NCBI GenBank assembly: GCA_003136555.1
Contig: PLEW01000056.1
Coordinates: 25,716-89,715, forward strand
Direction: 5' to 3'
Source: Planctomycetota bacterium
GTDB taxonomy: Bacteria; Planctomycetota; UBA11346
Length of the DNA stretch: 64,000 nucleotides
Shown here: positions 57,050 to 64,000 of the stretch, in pieces
How positions within the stretch are numbered: the first letter of the stretch is position 1
Layout: each line of letters begins with the position of its first letter
The notes under the pieces: generated by a model
What the model was told of the DNA's origin: nothing
The model's input: the letters and a program-made list of their open reading frames with translations, nothing else
Databases searched by the model: none
Program-made: the position numbers and the translations under genes

Positions 57050-59308
57050 TTAGCGCAGGATCGCGGGGACGCGCGGATCGTAGAAATTGAAACGCCCCAC
57101 CAGCTGGGCGCGAATGCGGACAGATCTCGGCAGGGGACCGCGGTCGAGGACCTGATTGAAATTCCGGTCGGCGCCGTAGAGGCCGTTGAAGACATGGTCG
57201 GCGGTGTTGTCCAGCTTGCCGACCCAGGACTGGTTGGCACCCTGGTCGGGGGGTGGATAGCCCCACTGATTGGGAACATTAAGCATCTCCCATTGATAGG
57301 CTCCATTCAGCCCGACCAAAGGCGTGCCGGTCGGATATTGCGACATGTCCTGAAGGAAAAGCATGCTCTTCTCGGGGCTGCGGAACGCCCACAGCTGCTC
57401 GTCTCGGAATGCCATGTCGCCCATGCGCTGATAGAACGTGCGCTGCTGGCTCCACAGGCTGAAGGTCGGGGGGTTGACATTGCCGCTGCCTGTGGTCGTG
57501 CGGGGCCCAGACAGCGGGTATTTGCTGGCGTCAACCGGCGCGCTGGGCAGGGTCTCGAAATCCTCATATGACTGCCAATCAGCGGCCCAAAACACGATTT
57601 CGCGGCAGCGTTCGGCCGGTTGGAAGGGTGCCGCCAGAGTATAATGGTCGATGTTGCCGAAGATAGACGTCGGGGCCGGCGACGTGTTTGCCCCTCCCAT
57701 CATGGAGGCATCCAGCGCGACGATCCCCGACGGGATGGTCCAGCTCGGACTCTGATTCGATTGCGCAGCCATGATCGGGTAGGTCTGGCTGACGCCGATG
57801 TGCTGAATGGGCTCGCTGGAGATGGGCCGCCAACCTGCTGCCGGGACGGTCGGCTGCGAACCGAACACGGAGCCTACGAGCGGCGGCGAGTACAGGTCGC
57901 TCATGAGCAGTGGGTAGTCAGTCATGATTGTACGGTTGGTCGACCTGGGTACAGCCCAGTCGTAGGGATACATGGCGTAGAACTGCATGAGCAGGTACAT
58001 CGCCCGCTCGTGGAAGTAGCGGATATCGCCATCATAGATGTAAATATTGGAGCTCCCGCCAGCGCCATGGCTGGTGAATCCATAGATGGTGGCCGGTGGG
58101 ATGAGTGCGCCTCGCGCGCTGAGGTCCATGTTCGCCGGATTCGAATCGCTATAGCTGATCCACGATGTCAGCACCGTGGATGCATGGGCGAGGAAGCGGA
58201 AGGCCTGAACTTCCTGCCAGCGGTCGGTTTCGACCGTGCTGACAAAATCGGCATGCGGGTCGAGCGTAGCGGAGCCGCCAGGATTACCGCTCGAGAAGAG
58301 CATGGAATATTTCCCCGTCGGATCCATCTTCTTCTCGAAATACCACACTGCCGCCTGTACGTAGCCGAGGGCGGTCTGCAGACAGGGGGCTATCCCCAAC
58401 GTGCCATCGGCAAAGGTAGTGGGTGAGACCTGCGCAGGATAAGGTATCGAAGTGGTCGTCTGGCCCCAGTAGATCGTTCCGCACGCATAGGGAAAATAGC
58501 CGATATGAGGATAATGGGAACCAGCCGGCAACGGAGGAGCCGAGGGATTCACATAAGGGTAGTCATAGACGACTCCCATGTCGGGATCGAGGTTGAAGGG
58601 AATGGATTCCCAGGGAATATCCCAGTCCTCGCCGCAATAAGGCCAACTGTGGAAGCTCCAATAGGAACCGCCGGCTTGAGTGCCAGGTTTGGGCAGCCAC
58701 ATGTCGGGCATGTGCGACATATGCATCGGTGGGGAGGGCATGGGTGTGGAATAGGGCCAGTTCTTCATTGCGAACATGGTCAGAGAGTTTTGCTGGGCGT
58801 AGCCGCTGATTGTGAAGATGAGCTTCTGGGCATCGTTGGGTGGCGCCTTTGGATTGCCTTGCTCTTCTGTCTCCGTGGTGGCTAAGGGCTGAGAATAGTA
58901 GATGTAGCCGCCTTGGCTGATGATCTGCTGGATCTCATCGCTATCGGAGTCGATGCGCTGGGCGAGAGCGACCGGAAGCGGCATGATGCCATAGCGATGC
59001 GAGGAGAGGCGAGCCTCCATGTCCCAGGCCTGGGCGCGATAAGCGCCGGCGGTATCCCAGGGCATCAGACCTTCAGTATCAATTGCTGGGTTGGCGTTGG
59101 TCGTCGCGTTGAAGGTCTCGACCATCTCTTCGGCTTTACAGGCGGCATAGACGCGGAAACGTGCCATCTCCTGCGCCTTGATGCCGACTGGGAACAACAT
59201 GAGCACGCTGACCACGCCGAAGGAGACCAGGACCAGCGATATGGCGACTTCGAAGAGCGTGAAGCCACGTCGTAAGGGACGAGGGTGAAGCTGAATGAGT
59301 CTGCTCAC
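57050..59308 (-). CDS. Giant prepilin-type protein A2
   Basis: Track ORF 57050..59518. The prepilin motif ...PLRRG|FTLFEVAISLVLVSFGVVSVLMLF lies 85 codons into that ORF. I place the start at in-frame GTG 59308 (MSRLIQLHPRPLRRG|F), giving a 15-aa leader like that of A1. The alternative is ATG 59518. Confidence 0.6.
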   Translation of the reverse strand: MSRLIQLHPRPLRRGFTLFEVAISLVLVSFGVVSVLMLFPVGIKAQEMARFRVYAACKAEEMVETFNATTNANPAIDTEGLMPWDTAGAYRAQAWDMEARLSSHRYGIMPLPVALAQRIDSDSDEIQQIISQGGYIYYSQPLATTETEEQGNPKAPPNDAQKLIFTISGYAQQNSLTMFAMKNWPYSTPMPSPPMHMSHMPDMWLPKPGTQAGGSYWSFHSWPYCGEDWDIPWESIPFNLDPDMGVVYDYPYVNPSAPPLPAGSHYPHIGYFPYACGTIYWGQTTTSIPYPAQVSPTTFADGTLGIAPCLQTALGYVQAAVWYFEKKMDPTGKYSMLFSSGNPGGSATLDPHADFVSTVETDRWQEVQAFRFLAHASTVLTSWISYSDSNPANMDLSARGALIPPATIYGFTSHGAGGSSNIYIYDGDIRYFHERAMYLLMQFYAMYPYDWAVPRSTNRTIMTDYPLLMSDLYSPPLVGSVFGSQPTVPAAGWRPISSEPIQHIGVSQTYPIMAAQSNQSPSWTIPSGIVALDASMMGGANTSPAPTSIFGNIDHYTLAAPFQPAERCREIVFWAADWQSYEDFETLPSAPVDASKYPLSGPRTTTGSGNVNPPTFSLWSQQRTFYQRMGDMAFRDEQLWAFRSPEKSMLFLQDMSQYPTGTPLVGLNGAYQWEMLNVPNQWGYPPPDQGANQSWVGKLDNTADHVFNGLYGADRNFNQVLDRGPLPRSVRIRAQLVGRFNFYDPRVPAILR

Positions 59309-60135
59309 GAGTATGTCGGATCCGATGGGTGAAGAAGGTTGACGTTCAGTGGCGGCCGCGAGGCGGTCGAAGTGGACTCGAAAGTCGCACTGCCATGGGA
59401 GGCTAACGTCAATTGCGCATATGTGCAAATGATGAAGAGGTCCCGGTGACTGCGTTGAAGAACCTCTGCGAGAGCCGCGGCCGCGGCAGAATCTAAGGAA
59501 GGCTGCAATTTGATGCATACGGCCTGCCTCCTATGCTCCGAGATCGGTAAAAATAACGAGTGATCATGCCTCATGGCCTGGGGGTCCGCTCGTTGGATTA
59601 TGGCATTGAGTGCAGTGATAGGAACGATGCACCAGGATGGGTTGCAGTCGGCTTGGCGTGTCGAGTGCAAACGAACCCCTTCCGATGAGTTGATCACGTC
59701 TGCATTGGATCGTCGCTGGTCCCTCCGGCCGAGTTCCCTGTTCGCCCAGTGGCACAAAACGACTTCCGGCAAAGCAGAGACGAAGAGACGCGAAGTGACA
59801 GCGCAACGATTCGTGGTCTCGGCGGCAAGAAGGCCGCCATGTACATCATAGAGGGCATAGTACTCGTAGGCAGAGACGGCCTGACTGCGTTAGGGTATCT
59901 CACGGTCGCGATGATCAAGCTCAGGTTTAAGCCTACCTACAGCAGACCCTGAGAGCGACGCGGTCCTCCGCTCGACGGCATAAGACGCTGCGGAGTCAGT
60001 ACTGGAATCGGTCATCCTCGTGTCATGTAGGCACGTTAGACTCCCCCCGGTGCCGCGTCTGGTGCAGCCCCCAGCGTTCAGTGGGACGACGTAGCCGCTC
60101 TCCCCTATCCACTGGAGAGGACGGCGCTTCAGCGT

Positions 60136-61497
60136 GTGTCGGAGATAATCATAATGATCAACCAAGCCCCCCCGAGACCGACTGCCGAGGCGCATGCCAT
60201 GCCCACAGACCCCATTGATCGCCCCCAGCGAGTACCACTGCCGCCGCCGCAGCGCAGTGGAGGGGGAGGGTGGTGGCTAGTGGTGGTGGTGCTGCTCCTC
60301 GGCGTGCTGGTGGGGGGATATGTCCTGTACACCCGGCAGGCCAAGCCGCCGGGACCAGCGGGTCAGGGGGGGGGTCCACGCTCGGGTCCAGCTGCGGCGC
60401 GCGCCATTCCGGTGCTCACCGGGCGTGCCAAGCGCGGTGATCTGCCTATCTACCTGACCGGCCTGGGCACGGTCACACCGCTTGCCAACGTCGTTGTCCG
60501 CAGCCGCGTCGATGGCCAGCTCATGCATATCGGCTTCGTGGAGGGTCAGATGGTCAAGGCGGGGGATGTCATCGCCGAGATCGACCCGCGGCCGTTTGCC
60601 GCCGCGCTCAAGCAGGTCGAAGGGCAATTGCTCAAGGATCAGGCGGTGCTGGATAATGCGCGCATCGATCTCAAGCGGTACCAGGACGGCGGTGACATCT
60701 TCTCCGATCAGCAGACGGCGACGCAGCAGGCTTTCGTCAAGCAGAACCAGGGCATCGTCGAATCCGATCAGGGGCTGGTGGACAATGCGCGTCTCCAGCT
60801 CGACTACTGCAGGATTGTCGCGCCGACGAATGGCCGCATCGGCCTGCGCACGGTCGATGAGGGCAACATGGTGCATGCCAGCGATACCACGGGATTGGCG
60901 GTCATCACCGTTCTCCAGCCCATTACCGTGATCTTCACCATCGGGCAGGATGACATCCCGTCCGTCCTCACCCACATGGCCAGCGATCCCCATCTGGAAG
61001 TCGATGCCTATAGCCGCGATCTGAGCAAACGCCTGGCCATGGGCACGCTCAGCGCCATCGACAACCAGGTCGATCCAGGCAGCGGTACGGTGCGCTTGCG
61101 TGCACGCTTCGATAACGCGGATCATCAGCTGTTCCCCAACCAATTCGTCAATGTCCGCCTGCTGATCGATACCCAGCACGGCGTGATCCTGGTACCCACC
61201 GCCGCCGTGCAGCTGGCACCTGATGGCAATTTCGTCTATGTGGTCGGTCAGGATTCCACGGTCTCGGTGCGCAAGGTGACCACCGGGGCGAGCGAAGAGG
61301 GCCTGACCATCGTCGACGGCATCGCCATGGATGATGTGGTGGTGACCGATGGTGTCGACAAGCTGCAAGCCGGCACCAAGGTGCAGACCCGCGCTCCGGC
61401 AAATGGTGGTGCGCATGATGCCGCAGTTACCGGTAAGTCTGCACCGGCAACCGGTACGGCAGCTCCTGCTGCTGGAACGCCGGACCATCAGCGATGA
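60136..61497 (+). CDS. mdtA: RND multidrug efflux periplasmic adaptor, MdtA family
   Basis: Long colinear similarity to E. coli MdtA as I recall it: YLTGLGTVTPLANVVVRSRVDGQLMHIGFVEGQMVKAGDVIAEIDP, QLDYCRIVAPTNGRIGLR, LFPNQFVNVRLL. The start may be ATG 60154 or 60199. Confidence 0.85.
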   Translation: MSEIIIMINQAPPRPTAEAHAMPTDPIDRPQRVPLPPPQRSGGGGWWLVVVVLLLGVLVGGYVLYTRQAKPPGPAGQGGGPRSGPAAARAIPVLTGRAKRGDLPIYLTGLGTVTPLANVVVRSRVDGQLMHIGFVEGQMVKAGDVIAEIDPRPFAAALKQVEGQLLKDQAVLDNARIDLKRYQDGGDIFSDQQTATQQAFVKQNQGIVESDQGLVDNARLQLDYCRIVAPTNGRIGLRTVDEGNMVHASDTTGLAVITVLQPITVIFTIGQDDIPSVLTHMASDPHLEVDAYSRDLSKRLAMGTLSAIDNQVDPGSGTVRLRARFDNADHQLFPNQFVNVRLLIDTQHGVILVPTAAVQLAPDGNFVYVVGQDSTVSVRKVTTGASEEGLTIVDGIAMDDVVVTDGVDKLQAGTKVQTRAPANGGAHDAAVTGKSAPATGTAAPAAGTPDHQR

Positions 61498-64000
61498 ACC
61501 TGTCTGAGCCATTCATCCGTCGGCCAGTCGCCACGGCGCTGCTGATGGTCGGTCTGATCCTGGTGGGCGCCGTCGCCTATCGGCAGCTCCCGGTCGCGGC
61601 ACTGCCGCAGGTCGACTATCCGACCATCCAGGTGATCACGTTCTATCCAGGCGCCAGTCCTGAGGTTATGACGTCATCGGTGACCGCTCCGCTAGAGCGT
61701 CAGTTCGGCCAGCTCCCCGGCCTCAACCAGATGACCTCGACGAGTTCCGGCGGAGCCTCGGTCATCACCCTGCAGTTCTCCCTGGCGATCAATATCGATA
61801 TCGCTGAGCAGGAGGTCCAGGCCTCCATCAATGCCGCGACCACCTACCTGCCCACCGATCTCCCGACCCCGCCCATCTACAGCAAGGTCAATCCGGCTGA
61901 TGCACCGATTCTGACCCTGGGATTGACATCGACCACCTTGCCGCTGTCGAAGGTCGAGGATCTCGCCGACACGCGCCTGGCGGAGAAGATCTCACAGCTG
62001 CCCGGTGTCGGCCTGGTCAGCGTCAGCGGCGGGCAGAAGCCGGCCATTCGCGTGCAGATCAATCCCACCGCGATCGCGGCCCTCGGCCTGACCATGGAGG
62101 ATTGCCGCACCCTGCTGGCGCAATCCAATATCAACCAGGCCAAGGGCAGCTTCGATGGGCCACGGCTGTCATACTCCATCGGCGCCAATGACCAGATGCT
62201 CACCAGCGAGCTGTATCGCGCTCTGGTGGTCGCCTATAAGAACGGCAACCCCATCCATCTGAGCGATATCGCCACGGTGGTCGATGGGATCGAGAATGTG
62301 CAGCAATCGGCCTGGATGAATCGCATCCCGGCCGTCATCCTCAATATCCAGCGGCAGCCGGGGGCGAACATCATCGAGGTGGTCGATCGCGTCGGGGCGC
62401 TCCTGCCCAAGCTCCAGCGGACCATGCCGGCGGCGGTGACGATCAGCCGTCTGACCGATCGTACGGTGACCATCCGTGCCTCGGTAAGCGATGTGCAATG
62501 GGAATTGATGATGACCATCGGCCTGGTGGTGATGGTGATCTTCATCTTCCTGCGCAATGTCCGCGCCACCGTCATCCCCGGCGTGGCGGTGCCGCTGTCC
62601 CTGATCGGCACCTTCGCCGGCATGTACGCGCTGGGCTACAGCCTGAACAACCTCACCCTGATGGCGCTGGTCATCTCCACCGGCTTCGTCGTCGACGATG
62701 CGATCGTGATGATCGAGAATGTCGCGCGCTACATCGAGGCGGGCGACCCGCCCCTGACTGCGGCGCTCAAGGGATCCAAGCAGATCGGCTTCACCATCCT
62801 GTCGCTGAGCGTGTCGCTGATCGCCGTGCTCATCCCCCTGCTCTTCATGGGCGATATCGTCGGCCGCCTGTTCCGCGAGTTCGCCATGACCCTGAGCATC
62901 ACCATCGTGGTGTCCGCGTTCGTGTCGCTGACGCTCACGCCGATGATGTGCGGCCACCTGCTCAAGCAGCACCATGACGGGGGCCAGAGCGCGCTGTTCC
63001 GCTGGTCGGAGCGCGCCTTCCAGGCGGTGATCAATTTCTACGGCTCGACGCTCGCGGTCGTGCTGCGCCACCAGTTCCTGACCCTGCTGGTGGCGGTCGG
63101 GACGCTGGCGGCGACGATCTGGCTCTACTTGGTGATCCCCAAGGGCTTCTTCCCGGTGCAGGATACCGGGGTGATCCTCGGCATCTCGGAATCGCCGCAG
63201 AGCACCTCCTTCGCCGCCATGGCCGAGAAGCAGCAGGCGCTCGCCGATGTCATCCTCAAGGATCCGGCGGTCGAGAGCCTGTCGAGCTTCATCGGCATCG
63301 ACGGCACCAACACCACCCTCAACAGCGGCCGCATCCAGATCAACCTCACTCCCATCGAGCAGCGCCACCTCGACGCCAGCGAGGTCATCCGCCGGCTCCA
63401 GGATGAGCTCGCCGGAGTGAGCGGGATCAGCCTCTACATGCAGCCGGTGCAGGACATCACGGTCGAGGACCGGGTCAGCCGCACCCAGTTCCAGTACAGC
63501 CTCGAGGACCCCGATGCCAAGGAGCTGGCGGTGTGGGTGCCCCGCTTCCTCGACAAGATGCGTGAGCGCAGCGAATTGCGCGACGTCGCCAGCGATCAGT
63601 ACCAGCAGGGCCTGCTCGCACGACTGGTCATCGACCGCGATACGGCATCGCGTCTGGGCATCACCCCGCAGGCGATCGATGACACGCTCTACGATTCCTT
63701 CGGCCAGCGGCAGATCAGCACGATGTTCACCCAGCTGAACCAGTACCATGTGGTGCTCGAGGTCGACCCCCGTCTGCAACGCGGTCCGGACGATCTCAAG
63801 GATGTCTATGTCCGCTCGGCGAGCGGTGGCCAGGTGCCGCTCTCGGCATTCACCCACCTCGAGAAGCAGCTCTCGCCGCTGGCGATCAACCATCAGGGCC
63901 AATTCCCGGTGGTCACGGTCTCCTTCAACCTCGCTCCCGGTGAATCGCTCGGCAGTGCCGTCGCGGCGATCGACCAGGTCAAGGAGGAGCTCGCCATGCC
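61494..64000 (+). CDS. mdtB: RND multidrug efflux permease, MdtB family (5' portion; continues past window end)
   Basis: Not in the ORF track because it has no stop inside the window. There is an ATGA overlap with mdtA. Manual translation gives MNLSEPFIRRPVATALLMVGLILVGAVAYRQLPVAALPQVDYPTIQVITFYPGASPEVMTSSVTAPLERQFGQ, closely matching MdtB. Track ORF 62169..63902(-) is an antisense shadow. Confidence 0.85.
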   Translation, partial: MNLSEPFIRRPVATALLMVGLILVGAVAYRQLPVAALPQVDYPTIQVITFYPGASPEVMTSSVTAPLERQFGQLPGLNQMTSTSSGGASVITLQFSLAINIDIAEQEVQASINAATTYLPTDLPTPPIYSKVNPADAPILTLGLTSTTLPLSKVEDLADTRLAEKISQLPGVGLVSVSGGQKPAIRVQINPTAIAALGLTMEDCRTLLAQSNINQAKGSFDGPRLSYSIGANDQMLTSELYRALVVAYKNGNPIHLSDIATVVDGIENVQQSAWMNRIPAVILNIQRQPGANIIEVVDRVGALLPKLQRTMPAAVTISRLTDRTVTIRASVSDVQWELMMTIGLVVMVIFIFLRNVRATVIPGVAVPLSLIGTFAGMYALGYSLNNLTLMALVISTGFVVDDAIVMIENVARYIEAGDPPLTAALKGSKQIGFTILSLSVSLIAVLIPLLFMGDIVGRLFREFAMTLSITIVVSAFVSLTLTPMMCGHLLKQHHDGGQSALFRWSERAFQAVINFYGSTLAVVLRHQFLTLLVAVGTLAATIWLYLVIPKGFFPVQDTGVILGISESPQSTSFAAMAEKQQALADVILKDPAVESLSSFIGIDGTNTTLNSGRIQINLTPIEQRHLDASEVIRRLQDELAGVSGISLYMQPVQDITVEDRVSRTQFQYSLEDPDAKELAVWVPRFLDKMRERSELRDVASDQYQQGLLARLVIDRDTASRLGITPQAIDDTLYDSFGQRQISTMFTQLNQYHVVLEVDPRLQRGPDDLKDVYVRSASGGQVPLSAFTHLEKQLSPLAINHQGQFPVVTVSFNLAPGESLGSAVAAIDQVKEELAM

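Larger units (their letters stand above)
53738..61112. repeat. Tandem segmental duplication, copy 2 (rhodanese' fragment-C2-B2-A2-long leader-5' two-thirds of mdtA)
   Basis: Same alignment as copy 1. The right boundary lies inside mdtA near 61112, where similarity to 53700..53738 ends. Confidence 0.75.

Noticed and set aside
60277-63902. 411-aa and 577-aa minus-strand ORFs across the mdtA/mdtB region.
   Set aside because: They are antisense shadows of genes with very strong MdtA/MdtB similarity.
1-64000. Window-wide look for CRISPR arrays, tRNA/rRNA genes, IS elements/transposases, integrases and phage genes.
   Set aside because: I saw no regularly spaced direct repeats, cloverleaf-capable segments, DDE/tyrosine-recombinase-like ORFs or terminal inverted repeats. 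The only large repeat is the tandem segmental duplication at 47-61 kb.

Overview
This is a densely coding, high-GC chromosomal segment from a Gram-negative bacterium. Spot counts give about 70% GC in most genes. The efflux and chemotaxis genes look proteobacterium-like, but the taxon cannot be fixed from this window. I found no rRNA, tRNA, CRISPR array or IS/transposase by eye. Gene content, left to right:

- a partial SGNH hydrolase
- a beta-lactamase-like hydrolase with a divergent AraC regulator
- a GH16 glucanase
- a porin / short PstS-like protein / MCP operon
- cusCBA-like metal efflux
- a lone MCP
- a complete chemosensory operon (cheY-cheA-cheD::REC-cheW-mcp-cheR-cheB::HPt) with two unusual domain fusions
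- araA
- an AraC regulator with a PQQ quinohaemoprotein dehydrogenase
- a beta-propeller/phosphoesterase fusion
- an AraC regulator with a PhyH dioxygenase
- a TlpA-like redoxin, a DUF5009-type acyltransferase, ada, an unknown secreted protein and a DMT transporter
- an ECF sigma / anti-sigma (FecR + DUF1080-like) operon that drives two tandem paralogs of an unknown secreted domain
- an Asp/Asn beta-hydroxylase
- mdtA and mdtB (mdtB partial)

The most unusual region is 47.0-61.1 kb. It is a tandem segmental duplication of about 7 kb. Each copy carries a tightly packed three-gene operon for very large proteins with prepilin-type N-termini. Their order and Glu+5 pattern mimic GspI/J/K or PilV/W/X minor-pilin tip complexes. 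Their globular parts are several-fold larger than canonical subunits and unrecognisable to me. No filament-assembly machinery lies nearby. The duplication junction preserves decayed fragments of mdtA and of a rhodanese gene. All calls rest on reading the translations and on manual nucleotide alignment; no database search was possible.
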